From assembly GCA_045652625.1 (NCBI GenBank), contig JAZRUR010000041.1, positions 16,494 through 80,493 on the forward strand: a DNA stretch of 64,000 nt, in the 5' to 3' direction. Source of the stretch: Eubacteriales bacterium (GTDB lineage Bacteria > Bacillota > Clostridia > Oscillospirales > CAG-382). Shown piece after piece: positions 56,326-64,000 of this stretch; the first letter of the stretch is position 1, and the number at the start of each line of letters is the position of its first letter. Under the pieces are notes generated by a model that had not been told where the DNA came from, searched no databases, and saw only the letters and a list, made by a program, of their open reading frames with translations. The position numbers were made by a program, and so were the translations under genes.

Positions 56326-57429
56326 CTATTCGAGATAATCCTTAAGTTTTTTAGACCTGCTCGGGTGGCGAAGTTTTCTTAATGCTTTTGCCTCAATTTG
56401 ACGGATTCGTTCACGGGTAATATCGAAAACTTTTCCGACTTCTTCAAGAGTGCGCGGTCTACCGTCTTCAAGACCGAAACGGAGTTTAAGCACTGCTTCC
56501 TCACGCGGAGTCAGCGTATGAAGAACTTCTAAAAGATGTTCGCGAAGCATTTGATAAGATGCAGCATCAGCAGGTGCAGGAGTGTTGTCATCGGCGATAA
56601 AATCACCCAAATGAGAATCTTCTTCCTCGCCTATAGGCATTTCAAGCGAAACGGGTTCCTGAGCAATCTTAAGGATATCTCTTACCTTTTCAACAGGCAT
56701 ATCCATTTCCTTTGCAATTTCCTCATCAAGCGGATCTCTTCCCTTTTCCTGAAGAAGTTGACGCGAAACGCGAAGTACCTTATTGATCGTTTCTACCATG
56801 TGAACAGGAATTCGTATTGTTCTTGCCTGATCAGCAATAGCACGGGTGATGGCTTGTCTTATCCACCAAGTAGCATATGTCGAGAACTTAAATCCTTTGC
56901 CGTAGTCGAACTTTTCGGCTGCCTACATAAGACCGAGGTTACCCTCTTGAATAAGGTCAAGGAAGAACATGCCACGGTTCACATATCGTTTCGCAATACT
57001 TACAACAAGACGAAGGTTTGCTTCCACAAGTTGCTGTTTTGCATAAAGGTCGCCCTCGGACATACGGTTTGCAAGTTCAAGTTCTTTCTCTGCAGAAAGA
57101 AGCGGAACTTTACCGATTTCTTTAAGATACATTCTTACGGGGTCATCAATCGAAACACCCTCTTGTGTAAGAAGAGTATCAACATCTTCGGGAGTTTCTT
57201 CAAAATCATCGTTATCAATATCATCTTCGGATATATCGAAAACGGCATTTGCGTGTTCGGTAGCGATCTCGATACCGTTACGTTCGAGTGCTTCACACGC
57301 CTTTACAAGTTTTTCAACGGTAATATCGGTATCCGAAAGTGCTTCAAGAATCTCGGCAACCTTAATAGTACCCTTTACTTTTGCCTCATCGATCTGTTCG
57401 CGTTTAAATGCCGACAAATCCTTATCCAT
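56326..57429 (-). CDS. rpoD: Primary RNA polymerase sigma factor RpoD/SigA, interrupted by one in-frame TAG at 56923-56925
   Basis: A single frame encodes regions 1.1-2.1 (ORF 56923..57429, ...[10 protein letters not shown]), then TAG. It continues [48 protein letters not shown]... through region 4 (ORF 56326..56799). The TAG replaces the conserved Lys of GLMKAVEKFD. An annotation pipeline would flag this gene as pseudo. Confidence 0.9.
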
Positions 57430-59233
57430 TGCTGTCCTCCTGTATTTTAGACTTTTTATTTTTTATTTTATTTAAATACTCATTAAGTGCATTTGCAGGA
57501 TCTTGCTCGATCTTTTTATCGTATTCGTTGCGTTCTCGAAGTGATTTAAGAGCATCTATGTGCGAGTTCAATGCGCTAATCGTTATATCGCCAAGAGCGA
57601 GTCGCGAAGCGCGGCAATTTTCAAGTGCGCCAATCTCTTTTGGAGTTAAGACGCCGTCTTTCGACAAAACAACTTCTCTGCCCTCGGAAAATTCATCATA
57701 AAACAACGAAAATATTTTTTTGTTTAATGCGGTTGCAAAATCATCTTTGTTAAGCCGTTTTACAGCCTCCGGCCCAAAGTCGCTTCGTATAAGAAGCAGT
57801 CCGAGTATAGACTCCTCGTGAGATGCCTCCGAGGAAAAACGAAGTTTATCCACATTCGCACTTCCGCCAAAACCGCTCTGCTCACGCAACGCATTGCTGA
57901 CAACCGTCTTTTTTGCCTTTGCATCTTGACGTTTGGCCTTACGTTCAACTTCCGCGTGAAGTGACTGAAAAGTAAGTCCGAGTTTTTCTGCAGCTCGCGA
58001 TGCATATACCTCCCTCTCGGGACGCGAAGCAAGGGTGGCAATAAACGTCGTGACTTCATCAACGGCTCGAAGTTTTTCCTCCGCAACGGTTATATCAAAG
58101 CGCGATATTATCTCGCCTATTCGATAATCTATCTGACCTGAAGATCCGGTCAATTTAGCGCGGAACGAATTTGCCCCAAACTTTTTAATATATTCATCAG
58201 GATCTTTTGCTTCATTGCCAAGATTGATTATCTTTGTATCCACACCGACTTGATTGAGCAAATCTATACCTTTTAAAGTCGCTTTTCTACCTGCTTTATC
58301 AATATCGTAAGCGAGATAAACAGTTCTGCAATAGCGAGCAATTATACGCGCATGTTCGGGAGTTATTGCAGTTCCCAAGGTCGCTATCGCGTTATCGAAC
58401 CCTGCCTGATGCATTGCTATTGCATCGGGCGCACCTTCGCACAGTATCAGCGTACCGCTTTCGGTATTTTTTGCTATATTTAATCCAAAAAGTATACGAC
58501 TTTTTTTAAACACGGGAGTATCCGACGTATTTATATACTTTCTCTCGTCTTCTTCATTCAAGCGACGTCCGCTAAATGCGACAACTTCGCCGTTAACATC
58601 AAAAACAGGAAACATTAGCCTGTTACGAAACATGTCGTACATTCTTCCGTTTTTCTTGCTTTCTCCGCCAAGAAACGCCGAACGAATCTCAAAAGGCGTA
58701 TATCCTAACGACATGAGATGCTCACAAAGCGGCGCTTTTCCAAATGGCGCATCAGGCGCATAACCGATACCGAAACGCTTTACGGTAGTAGATGAGAACT
58801 GCCGTTTTTCAAGATATGCCCGTGCGTTAGCACCCGAGGGAGAAATTAATGATTTGTAGAAAAACCTCGCCGCTTCTTTATTCAACTCCAACATTCTGTC
58901 ACGCTTGACAGTCGGTTCTTGAACTTTACGGTTATCATAAGTCTCTTCTACTTTAATACCAGCGCGTTTTGCGAGAAATTCGATTGCTTCGGGATATTCT
59001 ATATTTTCGGTTTGCATGACAAACGTGACAACATCGCCACCGGCGCCGCAACCAAAGCAATAATAACTTGATGTTGCGGGAAACACCGTAAAGGAGGGTG
59101 TACGTTCACTGTGAAAAGGACAGTTGCCTACAAGATTGCTGCCCGCACGTTTAAGAGTAACTACTCTGCCGATAACTTCTTCGATATTATTACGTAATTT
59201 CAATTCTTCTAAAAATTCACGTGTGAATGCCAT
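57422..59233 (-). CDS. dnaG: DNA primase DnaG
   Basis: CHC2 zinc finger [11 protein letters not shown]...CFGCG, the Toprim motif [15 protein letters not shown] and the canonical dnaG-rpoD order with an 8-nt overlap. Confidence 0.95.
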   Translation of the reverse strand: MAFTREFLEELKLRNNIEEVIGRVVTLKRAGSNLVGNCPFHSERTPSFTVFPATSSYYCFGCGAGGDVVTFVMQTENIEYPEAIEFLAKRAGIKVEETYDNRKVQEPTVKRDRMLELNKEAARFFYKSLISPSGANARAYLEKRQFSSTTVKRFGIGYAPDAPFGKAPLCEHLMSLGYTPFEIRSAFLGGESKKNGRMYDMFRNRLMFPVFDVNGEVVAFSGRRLNEEDERKYINTSDTPVFKKSRILFGLNIAKNTESGTLILCEGAPDAIAMHQAGFDNAIATLGTAITPEHARIIARYCRTVYLAYDIDKAGRKATLKGIDLLNQVGVDTKIINLGNEAKDPDEYIKKFGANSFRAKLTGSSGQIDYRIGEIISRFDITVAEEKLRAVDEVTTFIATLASRPEREVYASRAAEKLGLTFQSLHAEVERKAKRQDAKAKKTVVSNALREQSGFGGSANVDKLRFSSEASHEESILGLLLIRSDFGPEAVKRLNKDDFATALNKKIFSLFYDEFSEGREVVLSKDGVLTPKEIGALENCRASRLALGDITISALNSHIDALKSLRERNEYDKKIEQDPANALNEYLNKIKNKKSKIQEDSNG

Positions 59234-59265
59234 ACTTTTCCTCCTTTCAAAAACTTATAGTCAAA

Positions 59266-60264
59266 TTATTTATATTGCCAAACGCGTGGAACAAACAGTT
59301 CGTTAAAACAGCCAAGCGCGTATCTATCGGTCATACCTGCAATAAAATCAGCAGTCACAACACTTATTCCGTCCCTCTCGGCATATTTGAAATACTCGCG
59401 CGGAATAGACTCGGGGTGAGCAGAAAAATGCTCATACAAAAACGTTATCATATTAACGACCTTACCGTCCTCACTTTTGGCGGTAGGGTTACGGTATACC
59501 CGTTCAAACATAAAATCACGCAGTTTATCCATAGCCGCGCCATATGGTTCAACCATACCGATACCGTTTTCAACACCGTTTTCAATAGTAGCGGTAACAA
59601 GTGAGGTAATACGTTGACCGTGCTTAGTTCCCAAAAGTTCACTTATTTCTTTTGGAATATCGGTTATATTAAGTATTCCTGCACGTGCTGCATCATCAAT
59701 ATCGTGATTGATGTATGCTATTCTATCGGCAATTTTGATTATTCTGCCCTCCAAAGTAGATGCAGGTTCATCTCCGGTATGACAAAGGATAGCGTCACGC
59801 ACTTCGAAGGTCAAATTCAAACCTTCGCCTTCATTCTCCAAAAAGTCAACAACACGCAAACTTTGTTCGTTATGTCTAAATCCTTCAGGAAGAAGATAGT
59901 CGAGTGCACGTTCACCCGAGTGACCGAACGGGGTATGGCCAAGATCATGTCCAAGTGCCGCCGCCTCTGTTAAATCCTCATTAAGGCGCAAGGCACGGGC
60001 GATAGTTCGCGCTATTTGCGCAACCTCCAAAGTGTGGGTTAAGCGAGTGCGGTAGTGATCACCCTCAGGCGCAAGAAACACTTGCATTTTATGCATCAGT
60101 CTACGAAAACTCTTACTGTGAATAATTCGGTCGCGGTCGCGCTGAAACTCGGTTCTGACAGGACATTCCTCTATCGGATAAATTCTGCCACGAGTGTTTT
60201 TTACGCGAAACGCCGAATCACAAAGAAAAGATTCCTCGTAAGCGAGAGTACCGTCTTTGAACAT
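59266..60264 (-). CDS. dGTPase-like HD-domain triphosphohydrolase
   Basis: The HD motif AAALGHDLGHTPFGHSGE plus RTRLTHTLEVAQI. The ATG at 60264 lies 7 nt after AAGGAG and is preferred over the ORF-track start at 60318. Confidence 0.85.
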   Translation of the reverse strand: MFKDGTLAYEESFLCDSAFRVKNTRGRIYPIEECPVRTEFQRDRDRIIHSKSFRRLMHKMQVFLAPEGDHYRTRLTHTLEVAQIARTIARALRLNEDLTEAAALGHDLGHTPFGHSGERALDYLLPEGFRHNEQSLRVVDFLENEGEGLNLTFEVRDAILCHTGDEPASTLEGRIIKIADRIAYINHDIDDAARAGILNITDIPKEISELLGTKHGQRITSLVTATIENGVENGIGMVEPYGAAMDKLRDFMFERVYRNPTAKSEDGKVVNMITFLYEHFSAHPESIPREYFKYAERDGISVVTADFIAGMTDRYALGCFNELFVPRVWQYK

Positions 60265-60397
60265 AAATCTTCTCCTTAAAAGACAATATCTTTGCATTAT
60301 ATAAAAATATATACGCATACTTTTACAATTTTACTTTTTTCGTCTTAAAATTTATCTTAAAATATAAAAATTCATTATTTCTTTTATTTATACTCAC

Positions 60398-60426
60398 TTG
60401 TCTTTTATAGAAAAATATGGTATAAT
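60398..60426 (+). promoter_or_regulatory. Putative sigma-A promoter of the DUF5685-like/J-protein operon
   Basis: TTGTCT (60398-60403), a 17-nt spacer, then TGG-TATAAT (extended -10, 60421-60426). Confidence 0.55.
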
Positions 60427-60454
60427 AGCAAAGATTAAAAATAACGGAGTGAAA

Positions 60455-61312
60455 ATGTTTGGTTATATACGCCCATTAAAGGGTGAACTATATGTTAAAG
60501 ACAGCGAGTTTTATTCGGCAGTATATTGCGGTTTATGCAGATACGGCGGAAAAAACATTTCGCACCTTACGCGTTGGCTTCTAAACTACGATTTTGTTCT
60601 GTTGGCGTTGCTCAGAATGGCGCTATGCGGCGAAAACGTTTGTGTCCAAATGAAACGCTGCCCCTATAAATTGCGCAAAAAAGCATGTGCATGTGCAGAC
60701 GAGAGTTATGCGTTTGTATGTTCGGCTTTCGGTTTACTTACATACGGAAAATTGCTTGATGACATAAAAGACGAAAAAGGTTTTAGACGTTTTACCAAAA
60801 AACTTGTAAAACCGATTTTTGCACGTATAGCAAAGAAATCCGATTCATTCGAGGGACTAAACGACATAGTATTAAAGGGACTCTCGGATACAGACGATGC
60901 CGAAAGCAAAAAATGCGATTCTATAGACAGGGCGGCGGACGGATTCGCCACCATGATGAAAAAAATCGCCTCTTACGGCTTGGACGGCGATAAAAAACTC
61001 ATAGCAGAAAACTGCGGTTATCATATAGGCCGTTTCATTTACATTGCCGACGCGCTTGACGACCTAAAAGATGACCAAAGAAAAGGAAATTATAATCCGT
61101 TATTACTGCGCTACGGTGATTTTGACAATGCCATGGCACACGTTGAAGAAATTAAAGAAACGCTTTATGACAGCCTGAACGCGTTTTCAAACTATTACGC
61201 TCTCTTGTCAAGTAATCCGATAAACGGAATCGACCGCCTGATATACAATATCACCGAACTTGGCGGCAGAGATGCGGTAAGACGTATAATCGAAAGGAAA
61301 AACAAAAAATGA
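60455..61312 (+). CDS. DUF5685-like protein with two Asp-rich motifs
   Basis: The ATG at 60455 follows a GGAG RBS. It begins [29 protein letters not shown] (recalled DUF5685-type start, unverified). It contains SYAFVC...LLDDIKDE and [21 protein letters not shown] 100 aa apart. Confidence 0.6.
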   Translation: MFGYIRPLKGELYVKDSEFYSAVYCGLCRYGGKNISHLTRWLLNYDFVLLALLRMALCGENVCVQMKRCPYKLRKKACACADESYAFVCSAFGLLTYGKLLDDIKDEKGFRRFTKKLVKPIFARIAKKSDSFEGLNDIVLKGLSDTDDAESKKCDSIDRAADGFATMMKKIASYGLDGDKKLIAENCGYHIGRFIYIADALDDLKDDQRKGNYNPLLLRYGDFDNAMAHVEEIKETLYDSLNAFSNYYALLSSNPINGIDRLIYNITELGGRDAVRRIIERKNKK

Positions 61313-61923
61313 CAAACCCTTATGAGGTATTGGGTATTTCGGAAAATGCCTCCGACGAAGAAGTCAAAAAGGCATACCGAAAATTAGCAAAACAATACCA
61401 CCCCGACAACTATACCGACAACCCGTTAAAAGACCTCGCCGACGAAAAAATGAAGGCAATAAACGAGGCTTATGACGCAATACAGAAGCAAAGAGCCAAC
61501 AACGGATATAACCAATATAACAGCAGTAATAACACCAACAACGGTTATTACAATGACACCGGTTTTGTTCGTGTGCGCCGTCTTATAAATTCGAACAGAA
61601 TTGATGAGGCAGAAACCATATTAATGGGCATGTCCGCAGGAGAGAAAAACGCCGAATGGCATTTCCTTATGAGTCTTGTTTACTATCGAAAAGGTTGGTT
61701 ACAGGACGCTCGAAACGAGATCAATCTTGCTTGTCAAATGGACCCCTATAACCGCGAATACCGCAATTTCCAACAACGAATGAGCGCAGGGGCATACTCA
61801 AGTCCTTATTCGGGTATGAACACAAACAGTGCCACGTGTTCTACATGTGATATTTGCCAAGGTTTGATATGCGCAGATTGCTGTTGCGAATGTCTTGGCG
61901 GCGACTGCATAAGGTGTTGCTGA
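61309..61923 (+). CDS. J-domain protein with a TPR-like middle region and a C-terminal cysteine string
   Basis: A J domain [31 protein letters not shown] (HPD motif), an N-rich linker and a helical repeat region. The last 28 aa, [28 protein letters not shown], contain 11 Cys. Confidence 0.85.
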   Translation: MTNPYEVLGISENASDEEVKKAYRKLAKQYHPDNYTDNPLKDLADEKMKAINEAYDAIQKQRANNGYNQYNSSNNTNNGYYNDTGFVRVRRLINSNRIDEAETILMGMSAGEKNAEWHFLMSLVYYRKGWLQDARNEINLACQMDPYNREYRNFQQRMSAGAYSSPYSGMNTNSATCSTCDICQGLICADCCCECLGGDCIRCC

Positions 61924-61924
61924 C

Positions 61925-62434
61925 ATGAGCAAGGCGAAGAAGATTGCGATGGCAGGAATATTTTCTGCTTTATGCGTTATATTTCTCTTTATCGGTTCTG
62001 TATTACAAACTCTTGACCTTAGCGCCGCAGCAATCGCAAGTATAATTGTGCTTATCGCATTTATTGAACTCGGCAGAAGTTGGGCATGGGGCGTTTATGC
62101 CGTTGTATCAATACTCTCGCTTTTAATACTGCCTTATAAGACCGCCGCGGCGGTCTTCGCTATGTTTGCAGGATTTTATCCGATGATAAAGGTGTATCTT
62201 AACAAAATTCGTCCGTTTTGGTTATCTCTAAGCGTAAGAATAGTTTGTTTTAATATACTATTGACGCTATTAATTTTCGTTTCGAAACGTTTTTTCGGGA
62301 TCGAAGAAGAATTTCTTGGTTTCGAGATCATTTTATACGCCCTTTCAAACATCACGTTTATCATTTACGATTTCGCCTTAGAACGCTTGTCGGTGTATTA
62401 CATAAGCAAGATAAGACCCAAACTGTTCAGGTGA
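61925..62434 (+). CDS. Hypothetical polytopic membrane protein (169 aa, about 5 TM segments)
   Basis: Hydrophobic throughout. It starts 1 nt after the J-protein stop (TGAcATG). Confidence 0.55.
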   Translation: MSKAKKIAMAGIFSALCVIFLFIGSVLQTLDLSAAAIASIIVLIAFIELGRSWAWGVYAVVSILSLLILPYKTAAAVFAMFAGFYPMIKVYLNKIRPFWLSLSVRIVCFNILLTLLIFVSKRFFGIEEEFLGFEIILYALSNITFIIYDFALERLSVYYISKIRPKLFR

Positions 62435-62438
62435 AAAC

Positions 62439-62467
62439 TTGACAAATTAAATACCGCGTGATATAAT
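62439..62467 (+). promoter_or_regulatory. Consensus sigma-A promoter of yicC-remA-rpoZ
   Basis: TTGACA (62439-62444), a 17-nt spacer, then TGA-TATAAT (62462-62467). Both hexamers are perfect and carry an extended -10 TG. Confidence 0.7.
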
Positions 62468-62496
62468 TATATGATATTTTTTCCGGAGGATTGGCA

Positions 62497-63375
62497 ATGA
62501 TAAAGAGTATGACCGGCTACGGTCGTCACCGCGAGGTGATAGACGGCCGCGATATATTATGCGAAGTCAAATCGGTCAACAGCCGTTACCTTGACACAAA
62601 CATAAAACTCGGGCGAATGTACAACGCGCTTGAGGATACCGTTAAGCAATATGCTTCAAGCCGTGTTTCGCGCGGTAAGATGGATATTTACATTTCGATT
62701 GATAACATTGCGGGTGATGACAACGGACTTTCCGTGAACGAAAAGTTCTTGGAAAGTTATGTTGCTTTGTTGCGTGATATAAAAGACAGATATTCGCTCG
62801 GTGGCGATGTTACTATCCAAACCGTAGCAGGCAGAAACGAAGTTTTCGTCACTACACGTCCCGACGAGGACACCGAGGCTGCAGGTAAAGCGTTACTTGT
62901 TGTTATGGAAAAGGCTTTCGACGCTTTTACCGCAATGCGCCAAGCAGAGGGCGAAAAACTCAAAGCAGACCTTCTTTCATATCTTTCGGTGCTCGAAAAT
63001 ATACGAGCAAACATTGTGGTCCGCGCACCCGAATCGGTGAAAGAAAACAACGAAAAGATGAAAATGCGCATACGTGAACTTTTAGACGGCGTTAATTACG
63101 ACGAATCGCGTCTACTCACCGAATGTGCGGTTTTCGCCGATAAGGCAGATATAAGCGAAGAACTTGCAAGACTTGATTCTCACTTCGAGCAATTCAAAAA
63201 GATTCTTGACGAAAACGTGCCCGTCGGCAGAAAACTCGACTTCCTTGTTCAGGAAATGAACCGCGAAGTAAACACCATCGGTTCTAAATGCAACGACAGC
63301 GAGATAGCCAAACAAGTTATCGAAGCCAAGAGTTACGTTGAAAAAATACGCGAACAAATACAGAACATCGAATAG
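62497..63375 (+). CDS. yicC: YicC-family stress-induced protein
   Basis: The ATG at 62497 lies 7 nt after GGAGGA and gives MIKSMTGYG, the canonical YicC N-terminus. The C-terminal DUF1732-like block is GRKLDFLVQEMNREVNTIGSK. Confidence 0.9.
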   Translation: MIKSMTGYGRHREVIDGRDILCEVKSVNSRYLDTNIKLGRMYNALEDTVKQYASSRVSRGKMDIYISIDNIAGDDNGLSVNEKFLESYVALLRDIKDRYSLGGDVTIQTVAGRNEVFVTTRPDEDTEAAGKALLVVMEKAFDAFTAMRQAEGEKLKADLLSYLSVLENIRANIVVRAPESVKENNEKMKMRIRELLDGVNYDESRLLTECAVFADKADISEELARLDSHFEQFKKILDENVPVGRKLDFLVQEMNREVNTIGSKCNDSEIAKQVIEAKSYVEKIREQIQNIE

Positions 63376-63384
63376 GAGGCATTT

Positions 63385-63618
63385 ATGAAACTTATAGATG
63401 CAGGTTTCGGTAATTATGTAAACCGAGATAGAGTTGTTTCTGTGGTATCCCCCGAATCGCTTCCGATAAGACGTCTTGTTCAAGATGCGAAGAATGCAGG
63501 TCGTCTTATAGACGTTAGTTGCGGCAAGAAGACCAAATCGGTGCTTATCACCGACAGCGACCACGTTATTTGTTCCGCGTACGAACCCGAAGAAATCATT
63601 AAATCTGTTGAAGAATAA
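63385..63618 (+). CDS. remA: RemA/DUF370 family regulator
   Basis: 77 aa. INAGFGNYV-like start (IDAGFGNYVNRDRVVSVVSPESLPIRRL) and KTKSVLITDSDHV. Confidence 0.85.
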   Translation: MKLIDAGFGNYVNRDRVVSVVSPESLPIRRLVQDAKNAGRLIDVSCGKKTKSVLITDSDHVICSAYEPEEIIKSVEE

Positions 63619-63646
63619 ACGATAAATAAAAGAGGTATTTTGTATT

Positions 63647-63910
63647 ATGATGCTCTACCCTACCGTTCAAGATCTCACTAATGACAAAGTGAACCGTTAC
63701 AAACTTGTAATTGCAACCGCTAAGTGCGCACGTCACCTTATCGACAAGGCGAACGACGAACGCGAAAACGAAGAAATCTACAAATCCGAATACGATCGTT
63801 ACGGAAAAGAAACCAAAAGCAATTACGAACTTCTCCTTACCGAAAAGCCGGTATCTGTTGCCGTTCAAAAACTTTACGACGGCGAATACAACATCGTTGA
63901 CAACAAATAA
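63647..63910 (+). CDS. rpoZ: DNA-directed RNA polymerase subunit omega
   Basis: 87 aa. NRYKLVIATAKCAR matches the omega core, and its position after remA fits the conserved Firmicute block. Confidence 0.75.
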   Translation: MMLYPTVQDLTNDKVNRYKLVIATAKCARHLIDKANDERENEEIYKSEYDRYGKETKSNYELLLTEKPVSVAVQKLYDGEYNIVDNK

Positions 63911-63912
63911 AA

Positions 63913-64000
63913 ATGAATAAAGCCTATGCCTTTGTACACATAACCGATATTGCATACGGCATTGACCGCAAATACAGTTATTTTGTGCCGCACGAATTGC
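63913..64000 (+). CDS. priA: Primosomal protein N' (PriA), 5' fragment running off the window
   Basis: MNKAYAFVHITDIAYGIDRKYSYFVPHEL resembles PriA N-termini (V.V.......F.Y.VP). Its position after rpoZ fits. Only 29 codons are visible. Confidence 0.5.
   Translation, partial: MNKAYAFVHITDIAYGIDRKYSYFVPHEL

Noticed and set aside
56923-56925. Genome-wide reassignment of TAG to a sense codon, or pyrrolysine, as the explanation for the amber codon in rpoD
   Set aside because: TAG terminates several well-delimited genes in this window at positions matching the expected protein ends and followed by RBS-start signals. These include clpP, serS, yicC, rpoD itself, and the GT2 genes ending at 9014 and 10093. 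No pyl genes are visible. I cannot exclude a local suppressor, so this point is kept as a check under the rpoD finding.
56536-57450. A 304-aa plus-strand ORF spanning the rpoD region, which might seem to explain the broken rpoD
   Set aside because: It is antisense to a reading frame that encodes every conserved sigma-70 block. Its own translation has no recognisable features, so it is a shadow ORF.

Overview
The window looks like a chromosomal segment of a low-GC Firmicute of the class Clostridia. A dockerin-bearing protein hints at a Ruminococcus- or Oscillospiraceae-like organism, but that is only an inference. I support about 67 protein-coding genes. I saw no rRNA or tRNA genes, CRISPR arrays, transposases, integrases or phage genes.

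Layout:
- 1-15818 (+): a Wzx/Wzy-type surface-polysaccharide locus. It holds a split transketolase, two GT4 and five GT2 glycosyltransferases, an EpsG-like polymerase and a Wzx flippase. It also has a decayed and an intact DUF115 transferase, a CMP-sugar-acid cytidylyltransferase, a DRE-TIM aldolase fused to a DUF115 domain, and VanZ.
- 15867-27964 (mostly -): a sugar nucleotidyltransferase, clpX, clpP, tig, a sortase B, an ECF sigma/anti-sigma pair, glycerate kinase, a GtrB-like GT2, CapA and MscS.
- 28152-35701 (+): a tightly packed run of parA, parB, serS, a membrane protein, a MORN-repeat protein, a sugar-phosphate isomerase, lnt and an esterase.
- 35936-60264 (-): groESL with a degenerate CIRCE, a THUMP methyltransferase, and two DUF4855/discoidin paralogues around a split chrA pair. 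These are followed by a kinase, a PHP phosphatase, an M32 carboxypeptidase, a MATE pump, DUF1846, a HAD hydrolase, ireB, pheST, rpoD, dnaG and a dGTPase-like gene.
- 60398-64000 (+): a DUF5685-like gene, a cysteine-string J-protein and a membrane protein, then yicC, remA, rpoZ and the start of priA.

Most interesting observations:
- The housekeeping sigma factor rpoD is intact except for one in-frame TAG at a conserved Lys codon.
- A glycan sub-module appears to make and transfer a CMP-activated keto-acid sugar without any NeuB/PseI/LegI-type synthase. It uses an aldolase-DUF115 fusion instead.
- A three-gene operon encodes a protein with squalene/phytoene-synthase-like Asp-rich motifs, a J-domain protein ending in an 11-Cys string, and a membrane protein.
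- Two DUF4855 paralogues are anchored differently, one by an N-terminal dockerin with a 24-bp tandem-repeat linker and one by a C-terminal TM helix.

All functional calls rest on motifs I recognised in the translations. No database search was run.
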